Below the pieces are notes generated by a model. That model had not been told where the DNA came from and did not search any database. It saw only the letters and a list, made by a program, of their open reading frames with translations. A DNA stretch of 64,000 nt from Tetramitus jugosus. Lineage: Eukaryota > Protista > Heterolobosea. Where the stretch lies: positions 609,396 to 673,395 of the forward strand of contig OW569348.1 of the NCBI GenBank assembly GCA_937625935.1, read 5' to 3'. The position numbers and the translations under genes are program-made. Numbering within the stretch: the first letter of the stretch is position 1; every line of letters begins with the position of its first letter. Shown here in pieces: positions 1 to 11,186 of this stretch.

Positions 1-8
1 GTACTCAC

Positions 9-501
9 TCAATCGAACATAGGTTTGAACATCCATCGGATAGGATGATACCTTGGGCATGGGCACATACCGTTCACCACAAAAGAAATCCTCGCATGAC
101 TTGAATCGTGATGCATTATAGTATTGAAATGTGCTGAATTGATCTGTCAGCTCTGGAACTGCACAAAGATCCATCTCATCCGTATCATAGAACGTATTGA
201 ACACTGCATATGAGTTCTTGTTGAACACTCTCATGGGTATGAGTGAATAATCTGGTACAATGAACAATGACTCACAAGAGTTGATGCGATATGCGGGGTA
301 ATACTTGCAATTGCTCCAACCAAATTTGGCATGAACAAAAAAAGAGGATGATGATGAGTGTGCAATGTTGATGATGGTATGTGGATCATGATGATGGTGA
401 TGATGATGTAAAAAATAGTAGTGAGGCTGTATCTCGAGAATCAAAAGCCAAATCAGCACCGACAAGTAGAGAATACGCGTATGCGCATGAAATGTCATCA
501 T
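9..501 (-). CDS. First exon of a secreted/membrane protein (continues off the left edge)
   Basis: Manual translation from ATG at 501: MMTFHAHTRILYLSVLIWLLILEIQPHYYFLHHHHHHH...VQTYVRL, open to position 9, then GTGAGTAC donor at 8-1. Hydrophobic N-terminus, His tract, several Cys. Not in the ORF track because it has no stop in the window. Confidence 0.7.
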
Positions 502-1113
502 ATGTAAATGTATCTATCACACACACACTGTTCAGTATAGTAGTAAAAATATTTTGAATATCAACAGTGTATGATGATGGTGATGATGGATGTCAAGAGC
601 TGTTGTTCTCTCTGTACGTGAACAAAATACGATGAAAGATTTTTTTTGTTTTTTGATAGGAGAAGAGAACGGAGTAAATTTTTTTTTCGCTCCATACCAT
701 ATCGATTGGGTATGCAACAGTGTGAGAGATTGTCGGAACTATTAATCCAAAACTCAACATCTTTGACGCTCAACACAAACTGAACTGTCTTAACCCTTGT
801 TACGTTGTTTTCTTCCCAGAGGTGTATTGATTATCTCACTCGAAGAATGATACTTGAGGCTATCAACGTGTGTAACTACACTCAGCGAATAAGGCATGTT
901 TCCATTTTTCTCTCTGCCTTGTTCCGGGCAATTGTCCGGCATTACGATCGGACTTCTACAGTTACAGTTCAAAATCGCCGTTTTCCTTAACTGTTCACTT
1001 GTTTGTTGCGACCAGTCGCAAAACCAACTAGCAACCACTTTGGTGCACATCACTCGAGCATAAACGCTCTTTCCACTCGTCTATAGTTTTCTTATTCGAT
1101 AAAATAGCACAGC

Positions 1114-2624
1114 ATGGATGGATCACAGTCTTGGGTGAACCCTCAACAAGTTCAACTCCTGCCCTCTCAACAATCGTCCAGTCAATTGCAGAGATATATT
1201 CTGAGTCCTCAAAACTTTGGTATTCAAGATTGCTTGAATAGTTGCGAAGCTGGTGATATTATTATCCTCACAAACAAGCTCAAAGTTGGTCTGATGCACG
1301 TAAAGAGCAACAAGAAACACTCGAACGACGTGTACATGGAGATGTTTATCTCTGGATTGAGGAAAGATCGTCGATTCTCAGATGCGACCGTGTTGAAGCA
1401 AGGGAGGAGCAAAGTATTCAATCAACACTTCCAGATGGAAATGATGAACTATCAGAAATCACTATTGGTTGCTCATATGTGGGAGAGAAACAAGGGAGGA
1501 GATATTCTCGTGGCTGTGTGTGCAATTAACATCGGTAGGACAGACCTTCCAATCGATTCACCATCTACGGTCCAAGCGCCACTATATGCGATTCATAACG
1601 AAGAAGCAGACGTACAAAAACAAATCGGAGTCGCTACTTTCCGACTAACTGCGCTTAACTTTTCGAACAACTTGAAGACCAAGTCGAGTCATCAACATTT
1701 TGGAAGCGAAGGGTTTGTCAGCACTACCACCAACAAGTACAATGTGAGAAGCTCTCTATCGCTTCTGACAACCATTATTACACAAGCTGATGATCTGCGG
1801 TTCGATCGTGTATTTGGATTCATGTTTGCCGAAGATTATCTGGCTCATGCTAAAACAGGAGACTGTTTTCTCCATTCTGGAAACACAACTGCATCGAGTG
1901 TAATTCAAATTGCCACAGAGAGTATCTGGTCTCGTAAGTACAATCAATCCATACTGTGTCTAACTCTCTCTCCAATATGATTATTAACAATATGTCGGTT
2001 GTTTCAATCATAGATGTTGGGATGATACTGGTAGATCCTCCAGATCGAGTAAGAACTCTTTACAAGCTCGATAGTAGCAAGCGTGTATTTGTATTGGACT
2101 CCGATTTAGCAACTGTGGATGAACGAACTGACGGTGGAGTCCAGATTGTGGATATTACCACATTTGTGTATAAGTACTTTAAGGATTGGGAGCCGAATAA
2201 TTTGAGTGCTATCCGGCAATTGAACTTCATCAACCAAAAAGCAAAGATTACAGTGTCAGAGTACCCCGGTCTTGAACGCTGGTTAATTCAAATATATAAT
2301 GCAAAATACCAGCAGAGATTTCTTGAAATGGTAGCTGCTGTGCAGAGACTCAACACTCAGAGCACAGAGCAATCTCTATTCTGTTCGGAATTGTTGGGAT
2401 TCAATTATCGGACGATGGGTATCCTACCACACGATTATGTCGTCAGCAATCTAATGCCTGCAGACTTTGGACCAGACAGAGCCACTCTCAACAAATTCTT
2501 CCAGCAAAGTAGTTTAGTGCTGGGTCCTCCGGTGAGAATAAGATCCAAGGCATTTGATGCGGAGACCAAGCGCCTTGGTCGAGTGGTTGACAATCCAAGC
2601 TCCAATTGCTGCTCTGTTCAATGA
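1114..2624 (+). CDS. C2-like domain + permuted papain-like (NlpC/P60, YaeF/YiiX-type) hydrolase with C-terminal CaaX; exons 1114-1933, 2014-2624
   Basis: An 80-nt intron (GTAAGT 1934...TAG 2013) rebuilds WSHVGMI. Motifs KTGDCFL, WSHVG and LFCSEL give the His-before-Cys permuted order. Beta-rich C2-like N-half. Ends CCSVQ*. Confidence 0.75.
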
Positions 2625-2677
2625 ATAAGTGACAATTAGTTTATAAATTTCAAATTTATTACACAATTCTAGCTGCT

Positions 2678-4524
2678 TTAATAGGATGCATCACCCTTGT
2701 CAATAACATCATCAATCTTCAAAATTAGCTTGACAACTTGAGTGGCCAATCTGATTTGTTGTTGCTTTCCAATCAAAGTCTCATAGACACCTTGTTCCTT
2801 CATGTCGGATGTACCCTTACCAACACAATCAATACCCAATCTTGGGTTCTTCGACTTGACTTGTTCAGCCTTGACCTTTGCCAAGTGTTGAATGGCAGAG
2901 AGACCAGAGTTCTCAGCAAGAGCAATTGGGACACCATCGAGTGCATCAGCAAATGCCTTCAAAGCATACTGTTCAACAGATCCGAGCTTGTCAGCTTCTT
3001 CAGCAATCTTGATGGAGCAAGCCATTTCAGCAGAGCCACCACCATAGACAATTCTATTGTCACGGACCAAGTTTCTCACGACACACAAGGCATCATGAAT
3101 AGATCTCTTTGCTTCTTCAATGATCATCTTGTTACCACCTCTCAAGAAAATGGTGACAGCATTTGTGTTTGCACAATTTTCAATGTAAATCATCCGGTCT
3201 CTGGTAGTACCAAACACAACTTCTCTCACAGTACCAGCTGATCCGAGCTTATCAGAAGACAATTCTTCAAATCTAGGAACAATTCTACCACCAGTGGCAA
3301 TAGCAATCAATTCAATTTCGACACCACCGACCCAACGAACAGCAGGCAAATTGTTGTGCAAAAGCAAGTGATTTGCCTCATCGTCAAAGCCCCATTGGCA
3401 AATGACAAGATTGGCACCAGAATCCTTCACCTTTTGTACCATATTTACAAAATATTCTTGTTCCTTCTTGTACATGGCTTCATATTGTGCAGCATCCTTA
3501 ATTTCAATAGTGTTCTTGTTCTTTGGCTTTGGAGGCTCAAATGGACAAGTCAAAATGGCAATCTTGGCGTCCTTGATCTCCTTTGGCATTTGAGAGTGAC
3601 TCATCTCCTTGTCAACAATGACACCGTTGACCAAGATGGAGTCTTCCAACTTTCCACCAGTCTTACCCTCCAATTTGATCAAATCCATGTTCACGTCCTT
3701 TCTGTCCAAGTCAGCAACATCCAAAACAGCCTTGACACACATCTCTGCAAACTTGTCCTTGAACTTGTTGACAATCTTTGAGGTCAGTGTAGTAGCAGCT
3801 GTTCTCAACAATGGATCATAATTCTCTCTGGTAAATTCCAGCTTGTCACTGATTCTCTCCAATTCAACAACCGCAATATCAGAAGCCTTTTCATAGCCTT
3901 GAGAGATGGTCATTGGGTGAATACCCTTGTCCAACAGTGCCATTGCCTGTTCGAGCAATGATCCTGCTAAAACTACAACACCAGTGGTACCATCACCAAT
4001 CTCATCGTCTTGTGACTTTGACAATTCGACCAACAATTTACCAATATGATGCTTGACATCCATCTTTTGTAGAATGGTGGCACCGTCATTGGTGACTGTG
4101 ACTTCACCATCAGAGTCAACAAGCATCTTGTCCATACCTCTTGGTCCTAGAGAAGTTCTTAACACTTTTGATACAGATACAGCAGCGAGAATGTTGCTCT
4201 GTGAATTTTCATTTTTGTGCATTGATGATCATGTACATTGAGGTAAGAAAATCATTAGATTCCAAAAAAAAGAGAGTTTAGTTTTCATGTGTTGTGTGGT
4301 GTGTTTTGTGCATTTTGTTTGATGAATGACATGAGTGTGCTCAATGTGTGAAAGCTATTCTTCATGATCCTTATCATCATGTCATTGTCATCATCATCAC
4401 TGTCAAATAAAATGTAGTGTTTGTTAGGTACCTTTTGAGCTTGAAGACCCTTTACACGCTTTTTGCTGTCTTGTTCGCTAATGATAATAAATGGTCTTCC
4501 ATATTCGTCGTATACAAGGGACAT
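2678..4524 (-). CDS. CCT5: T-complex protein 1 subunit epsilon; exons 4524-4432, 4198-2678
   Basis: [12 protein letters not shown]-terminus, [64 protein letters not shown]; GT-AG intron 4431-4199. Confidence 0.97.
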
Positions 4525-4742
4525 GATCAAAGGATAGTATTTAAAAGTTTTTGTTTTTGATTGATGATGTTGGTGGTGTGTGTTTTCCTGTAGGGACGAA
4601 TGGTGATTTTTTTTGCTTGTGAATAGGAATATTGGGAGGCGCCAAAAATTTCCAGCGTTGTAAAGTTCACTTGATGTTTTGCTTTACTCTGGTCGAATCC
4701 CTTCCGGTCTTGTGAACTGACTCCACAAAAGGAACAATGTTC

Positions 4743-5687
4743 TCAGGATGACGGAATGAGATCTAACCGCACGTGTGAGTAATGTTTTTCATGGTGCTCT
4801 GTGATCGACAAAACTTTGAAACGAGAGAATGGCGGCAGCAGGATCTCTTTTTCCTCTGAGAATTCCGATATGAAATTGAGTGGAGCTCCCCTCCATCCAG
4901 TTGCTTCCAGAATGGTTTTTCCTTTGGCGAACCTCTCTGCGACAGACAACTCTGTTGAGAAGCTGTTGAATCCCTTCATTGTGATGATTGCTCCTTCGTG
5001 AATATCTATTGAATGACTTATGCCTTTGAATATTGGAGTTGATTGTTGTTGTGACGCTTTAGTCAACCCAGAGTTCAAATAATGTATTGTGGTTTGCCAT
5101 ATTACAAAATCGTCCTTCTTCATTCCCTCGTTGACACTCGTATGAAGGTCTCCATCTTCCATCGTGTATGCCCGAAGCACGATGAGCTCGTTTTGGTTTA
5201 GCATTGGATAATTAGTGTTGTAATGTCCAAGATTCAGATCAACAAACAATGCAGCAGTATTGTACACATTCTCGAAGCCATTTTCGCACATTTCTTGCTT
5301 TAATGTCTTTGGCACTTGAAAGTCAGCGTTGAGACATGCCGGTTGATCAAGACACATGTTCTCTGGTATTGACTCCAGATAGTTTGTGTCAACGTGCTTG
5401 GGCTCGTGGCTCTCTCCTTTGAATATGATGCAATGGTTAGCAAATCTGCTGCCTCGCTGCTCCCCAGATGGAGAGAGATCTGAAGTATCCGTACCCAATG
5501 CTCGGCGATTAGGTGAACATAACGTACAGAGTGGACATGGCTCTAATTGCAGTTTCTTTACGTCCCAAAAGGAATAATCGTTAATTTCTCGTAGAGCGGA
5601 TGGAATTGTGAGTTCATTGTTTCTGAGCTGGGAACAGTCAATGGAAACATGATAATAATTGGACTGAGTGCTTGCATAGAGAGACAT
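4743..5687 (-). CDS. Mono-ADP-ribosyltransferase (R-S-E/ARTC-type fold) with Cys-containing N-terminus
   Basis: LRAYT...LNSGL helix, IFKG strand, FNSFST, ISEFSEEKEILLPPFSRFKV (ExE catalytic loop). Confidence 0.8.
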   Translation of the reverse strand: MSLYASTQSNYYHVSIDCSQLRNNELTIPSALREINDYSFWDVKKLQLEPCPLCTLCSPNRRALGTDTSDLSPSGEQRGSRFANHCIIFKGESHEPKHVDTNYLESIPENMCLDQPACLNADFQVPKTLKQEMCENGFENVYNTAALFVDLNLGHYNTNYPMLNQNELIVLRAYTMEDGDLHTSVNEGMKKDDFVIWQTTIHYLNSGLTKASQQQSTPIFKGISHSIDIHEGAIITMKGFNSFSTELSVAERFAKGKTILEATGWRGAPLNFISEFSEEKEILLPPFSRFKVLSITEHHEKHYSHVRLDLIPSS

Positions 5688-5908
5688 TGTTGTGCAGCTT
5701 TGACACGAATCAGATTATCTGGAAAAGACAGACGACATATTTCTCCGGAATGAATTTTTCCTCCAGTTCACTCAAACCATTGATGCCACGCGTCATCCAT
5801 TTTTTCATTGTAACGAGAGTTAGATCAGAATTGCTCCGCTCTTACATTTTCCTCCACACCAGCAAAAAAACTATCATCACAAGAACACATATTTTTCACA
5901 GCAACACC

Positions 5909-6699
5909 ATGTCCAACAGAAAGTCCACCACCTCCCCAATCAGAAAAGACGATGACGAATTCCTCAACAGTTTGGTTCAAGAGACCACTGTCGAAACCGT
6001 TATAAACAACAATCAAAAATTATTCTTCTTCTTTGTTGCTCTGATCAGCACATGGTTGCCATCATACTTGTATCAAGGTGTTAAGGGATTGGAATTCAGT
6101 GGAATGTCCATTCTTTTGTTCTTGATTGTCTCCAATGCTGCAGCCTACGTGTTGTATTTGGGATACTTGAATATTTTCATTAGAACTAAGCCAACGTATG
6201 TGCAGCACTGCTCTCTGTTTTTTGCACTTGTCATATTTTGTTGTTGTGGTTGTGGTTGTTGGATCCTGCGCCACATGGCAGTGGTTCTCACCCAACTGTT
6301 GAACTTTGTTTTTTGAATCCAATACTGACCAAACAACAATGCTTGATATTCTCTCATTTTGATAATGTGCACAAATTTGCTGATATTCACGCACATACCA
6401 TTGTTCATGCACACACATGCACACGCACACACAGTTTGACCAGAAAGTTCGATGTCATTTTGGATCAAGCAGGCGTTGCAAAGAAGAACAATGAAACCAG
6501 AGATCAATTGATCGAGTTGGGTACCACTGGTTTCTCCCTCTTCTTCTCCAACACCTTGTACCTGGGATTGACCTTGTTCTTTGGATTCTATGCTTTCGGA
6601 AGAGCTGATGTCAGAGTGAGCTACACTTTCTCATTGATTGCATCTGCTGCTGCAGTGTACTTCTTGAGCACCACCAAGCCTCGTGTCAAGTCCGAGTAA
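5909..6699 (+). CDS. SSR3: Translocon-associated protein gamma; exons 5909-6195, 6435-6699
   Basis: DDDEFL N-terminus, four TM helices, FSLFFSNTLYL motif; intron GTATGT 6196...CAG 6434 joins the two ORF-track pieces in frame. Confidence 0.8.
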
Positions 6700-6837
6700 G
6701 CTCATCAATCCGCTTCCAATCATCGATTGATTTTTGTACCAATTTAACAATAATAACGGTATCACGCACGATATCAATTTGAATACATGCTCAAATGTGA
6801 ATTATTACTATTGTAGTTATTATTGTGATTACTGTGT

Positions 6838-8364
6838 TTATTGTTCGTACAACTCCCGAGAACGCTTGTTCTCTCTGTTTTCGAGCTCTGACTCTGTGTA
6901 GTCTCTCTGCTTGACCAAAGTGATGGCACCGACTCGTGAATCTTGTTCCTCTCCTCCTGCAAATTTGGTTGACTTTGATGTCAGAATGATCTTGGCTCTA
7001 CCCAGTGAATTGTATCTTGCTTCCTTTTGATCCTTGTGCATGACCATGAAAAAGTGTTCTTCAGATGATTGTGGATCATCTGGGTTCACACCTCCCATAT
7101 CCAACACATACTCCTTGATCGTTTCATATCTGCTGACTTGATCTTCATCGTCGTTGCCATTTTCTTCAGAAGCCTGGTCCTGATGACTGAGCTTTCTCTT
7201 CTTCTTTGGCAACAAGTAATGTACAATATTGTTCACATTTCCAGATTCATCCTCCTGGGTTGCAGATATGATCATTGAACTCTTGTATAGTTCCTGACTC
7301 AGGGTATCACGCAATTTTCGTTGTTCTGCTGGATTCATTCGATCATAACCAGGGTCCTCTTCTAGGAATTTGGACCTTGGAATAGGATCAGAGTCAAAAG
7401 TGATACGTGCAAAAGTGTTGCCCCACAATTCCTCATCCGGTATCACTGAAACCATCTCAACAGGCTTCAACAGTGGATTGTTGGATGGATGTCTGAGCAA
7501 TTTCAAGTCTCTTGCATTGTTTGTCGACTGATACTGAGCAAATTCAGCGTCCAATTGACTCGACAGTTGAAACAGTTTCTCCACGTGTTCCATCTCGGCA
7601 TCTGGTCCAAAATCATCCAGTGAGCGATCAGTCGAGTACAATGACGATGCTGATGCTCTTCCAGCGGTTTGAGCAATCCCTCTCTTGCCAAATGATGGTG
7701 GTTCCATCTCAGAGCTCTTGAGATTACTACCACCAGCACCACTCACTCGTCTATTGTCCATGGACGATGGTTTTTGTTGTCCGAGTGGTTCCATGCCCAA
7801 CAACACACGGTCCTCATCATCCAAATGACCGTTATTATTGTTATTGCTCATATTTTTCATATTCGTTACAGATTGTTTTGCATAAGTGTTTGGATTGATC
7901 AAATCAATGGGAATACCGAGATCAGGCTCAGTCAACAACAAAAATTTGTAATTTTGTTCGAGAGTGGTGGCCTTGTATGGCACAAATCGTTTCAAATCAA
8001 ACGAAAAATTTAAAACTTTGGTTTCGATTTTTGGCTCTGGAAGAACACTTTGAAATTTCAAGTGAGGACATTGGAATGCACTCTTTCTCTTTTGTAGTTG
8101 AAATGGTTCAATTTTGGCCAATTGTTCTTTTGAGATGGTGATGGATGTTGATGATGCAGATGATGCTGTTGATTGTGATGAAGGAGCACTGGATGAAGCT
8201 CCTCTCGTTGAACTACTACTGCCAGTAGGACGATTTTTGTTGTGATGGTGATGATGATGGTGAGAAGAGGAAGATGATGATGATGATGGACGGTTATGGG
8301 AGCGATCACCACCGCTGTGGTGATGATGATGTTGTTGCTGTGAGGAAGCGATCGTGGAACTCAT
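6838..8364 (-). CDS. PAF1: RNA polymerase II-associated factor 1
   Basis: FQCPHLKFQSVLPEP, RFVPYKATTLE, LLTEPDLGIPIDLINP, HPSNNPLLKPVEMVSVIPD; first ATG at 8364; His/Ser-rich N-terminus. Confidence 0.9.
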   Translation of the reverse strand: MSSTIASSQQQHHHHHSGGDRSHNRPSSSSSSSSHHHHHHHNKNRPTGSSSSTRGASSSAPSSQSTASSASSTSITISKEQLAKIEPFQLQKRKSAFQCPHLKFQSVLPEPKIETKVLNFSFDLKRFVPYKATTLEQNYKFLLLTEPDLGIPIDLINPNTYAKQSVTNMKNMSNNNNNGHLDDEDRVLLGMEPLGQQKPSSMDNRRVSGAGGSNLKSSEMEPPSFGKRGIAQTAGRASASSLYSTDRSLDDFGPDAEMEHVEKLFQLSSQLDAEFAQYQSTNNARDLKLLRHPSNNPLLKPVEMVSVIPDEELWGNTFARITFDSDPIPRSKFLEEDPGYDRMNPAEQRKLRDTLSQELYKSSMIISATQEDESGNVNNIVHYLLPKKKRKLSHQDQASEENGNDDEDQVSRYETIKEYVLDMGGVNPDDPQSSEEHFFMVMHKDQKEARYNSLGRAKIILTSKSTKFAGGEEQDSRVGAITLVKQRDYTESELENRENKRSRELYEQ

Positions 8365-8594
8365 CTTGTTTCGTTTGCTGAATTTTTGTGTTTTTCGGCG
8401 CACAAATTTTCAGTTTGTAAAATACAATATTCGCCGATTCAGAATTCTACGAAAAAACGGTTGGTGTTTTTCTCGATCAAAAACAAAAACTCTTGTTGAA
8501 ATAGCTCGATCGGTTTTGATTTTATACTTTGGAAGATTATTGAATGCTCAAATATCATAACAAGAGTTGTACAGTAAAAGAGTGAACAGCAGAC

Positions 8595-10409
8595 ATGGAT
8601 CAGATATTGAACAACAGACCTCAAAGAACTACTGTTGCTAGTAAAAATAGTAACATGAAATATGGCAGTAGCAGTAACAACGAACAAATAAATGGAAAAG
8701 AATCAAATTTCGCTACAACAACGATTCATAGTCACCACTATGACACGAGAACTGATTCATCTGCACTAAATCCACAGATTAGGAACAAGTGGAGTCATTT
8801 ATTAACGAACCTCAATAACAACACTGTTAATACCCTTGTGGTTAAGAACAATGAGCCATCAAATCAACATAATTCAACCGATGATTTAATATCTTTCAAA
8901 CAACAACCGACAACGAGTGCTTATTTTCAATCATTACAATCCAAAGCTCCAAGTGACAACGGATCGACTTCTCACAATGTACTTTTCCAAGATGAGGACA
9001 CAACTGTTGTTGATCCATCCATGAATCACTTCCAAACAAAGTACTTGAAATCACCAACCTCGATCGACGAAAAGTCAAATTCATCGGTAACCAACAGTAA
9101 TCCGTCGTCTACCGATATGAACACTGGGCATTCCAATAGTAGTGTTCGTAACTCACTAAGTTCAATCACTTCAAACGACCTTTTGGAAAATGGGCAATTC
9201 TATCATCACGGTTCAAACAGTGGTACGAACAACAATAGCCCATCTGTGAGTCCGATGGTGTTCAACTCTATGGGTGCAAATGTGTTTCCTAGTGGATTCT
9301 ATCCAGTGTTTGTTCCAGCAAATTTTATGGGACCAAACAACCAGCAACCAAACCAAGCATCTACCAGTTCTTTAAACAACGATTGTGCTCAATGTCCTTG
9401 TCAATTTCAAATTGAATCTCAAAAGGAGGCTATCAGTGAACAGAAAAGAGTAATTCAGGCTCTGGCAGAGAAGATAGACTCTCTCACAAGGGTTACAATG
9501 GAGTTGCATAATGAAATAATATCACTCAAAAGAGATCAGAGCGAACGACAAGATAGATATCATTCTCCAGAAGCCCGTAGAACAACGAATCAAGAAACAC
9601 AATCCAATGACAAAATCTCACCAGCACCTAATATTCCTCCAGACGAAGATGAAGTAATAACTCTCCCTTCACATCGATCATTATCCTATTTAGAAGTTAA
9701 GGAGGATAGAACGAGGAAGACCGAGAATACGAGTCCAATATTCTACTCTAACCCTGCATTAGACTTCGAGGCAGAGTATCAGATTCAATCCAGCTTACCA
9801 ACAAAGAACTCGGTAGTAAGTGAAACAGAAGAATATATTAGAGTTTCTCCAGAGCAGATATCTTCTTCTTCAAGCTTCCACGACGATATCCAGGACCCTC
9901 TCCCTGCGAGGAGTGTCTCTATACAAAATCATGTGCTCATAGAAAAGAGGGGAAAGATAGCCACAACAAGGCCCATCTCAAGAGAAAAGAAGAACAACAA
10001 TATTCCTCACAAGCATAAGAATCGTTACTCTCATTACTCCAGCTCTGAAGGTTCTTCCTCGAGCGATTCAGAGTCAGATAGCTCCACCACTTCAGACTCG
10101 GACTCTGATCCCTATCCACAAAAAGCTCGAGGGAACCGGATGAAGAAAGGTGGAAAGAGCAATGCTCGAACCTCTACCAATGTGCACAACAGATACACTG
10201 ATGATAGCATACGGTTCCACTATGAATCGAGCGATTTTAGTGAAGTGTACTCTTTGGGAACAAAGGATTACATACGTAATCTCCAGTCAACATCAACTCC
10301 ACCCAAAGGAGAGCATGAAGAACTAATGTTTAGTGACATTAGTGGTGACAGCCACCAAGCGCTGTATGACAAACAGAAAACAAAGAGGAGAAATAAATCC
10401 AGATCGTGA
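8595..10409 (+). CDS. Largely disordered Ser/Asn-rich protein with one central coiled coil
   Basis: 604-aa intact ORF; heptads QIESQKEAISEQKRVIQALAEKIDSLTRVTMELHNEIISLK. Confidence 0.75.
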   Translation: MDQILNNRPQRTTVASKNSNMKYGSSSNNEQINGKESNFATTTIHSHHYDTRTDSSALNPQIRNKWSHLLTNLNNNTVNTLVVKNNEPSNQHNSTDDLISFKQQPTTSAYFQSLQSKAPSDNGSTSHNVLFQDEDTTVVDPSMNHFQTKYLKSPTSIDEKSNSSVTNSNPSSTDMNTGHSNSSVRNSLSSITSNDLLENGQFYHHGSNSGTNNNSPSVSPMVFNSMGANVFPSGFYPVFVPANFMGPNNQQPNQASTSSLNNDCAQCPCQFQIESQKEAISEQKRVIQALAEKIDSLTRVTMELHNEIISLKRDQSERQDRYHSPEARRTTNQETQSNDKISPAPNIPPDEDEVITLPSHRSLSYLEVKEDRTRKTENTSPIFYSNPALDFEAEYQIQSSLPTKNSVVSETEEYIRVSPEQISSSSSFHDDIQDPLPARSVSIQNHVLIEKRGKIATTRPISREKKNNNIPHKHKNRYSHYSSSEGSSSSDSESDSSTTSDSDSDPYPQKARGNRMKKGGKSNARTSTNVHNRYTDDSIRFHYESSDFSEVYSLGTKDYIRNLQSTSTPPKGEHEELMFSDISGDSHQALYDKQKTKRRNKSRS

Positions 10410-10420
10410 TCGAAAAACAA

Positions 10421-11128
10421 ATGCACACTTCGTCATCCTCATTCCATTCTACTTCTCTCATCACAGCTGCACTCATCAGTTCTTTCTTCTGCTTATTCTT
10501 TGTGATCCATTTGTCCACAGCAGAACAACCAAAAAAGACCATTGATCACACGCTGGTTCAAACTCTGTCACCCAATGTCATACTGTTTGGTCAGCGGATA
10601 GAACCTCACTCTGGTTTTCGAATCTATGAACTCACTGGATTACAACAGAACCAAAAGTACGAAGTCAAAATATCCTATTCTGCAATTCAACCAGCGTACT
10701 TTCACATTGAGACATTGTCCGAACTGCCACCATCTTTGTTATCACATGGTGCTGCACCGCCATCACACAGTCGAAAGTTGTTGAACATTGAAAAGATTGT
10801 GTTGAATACTAAGGAGAATCCTGATGGCAAAATCTATGTACGTGTGACTGCCGAGCGAGAATCCCATTCATTTGATACTGCCATTGAATCGGAAGACATT
10901 GTTTATGACATTGTAGTGGAACAATTGTTGTTGGGAGTGTTGCCTCAATCCTCCCTACCCTTACTGTTCATTCTATTGTTTATTGTTGTAGTTGTATTTG
11001 TGGTGACTGTTGTCGTTGGCAGAAGTGACAAACGAATTGGTAGTGGGCGCTCACTCATGCGACTCTGGTTACGATTCGATGATGATGATGATATCAATGG
11101 AGACGACAACGGAAGCAAACAATTGTAA
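10421..11128 (+). CDS. Single-pass ER-type membrane protein resembling the Pga1 (GPI mannosyltransferase II co-activator)-like family
   Basis: Signal peptide; YELTGLQQNQKYEVKISYSAIQPAYF, RKLLNIEKIV, YDIVVEQLLLGVLP; C-terminal TM. First ATG at 10421. Confidence 0.6.
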   Translation: MHTSSSSFHSTSLITAALISSFFCLFFVIHLSTAEQPKKTIDHTLVQTLSPNVILFGQRIEPHSGFRIYELTGLQQNQKYEVKISYSAIQPAYFHIETLSELPPSLLSHGAAPPSHSRKLLNIEKIVLNTKENPDGKIYVRVTAERESHSFDTAIESEDIVYDIVVEQLLLGVLPQSSLPLLFILLFIVVVVFVVTVVVGRSDKRIGSGRSLMRLWLRFDDDDDINGDDNGSKQL

Positions 11129-11186
11129 TGACCATGAACATAACAACTATAGCAATAATATGAGAGATGTCAGTCAAAAATCGCTT

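Noticed and set aside
4650-4710. tRNA-like GGTCGAATCC
   Set aside because: No acceptor, D or anticodon stems can be built around it.
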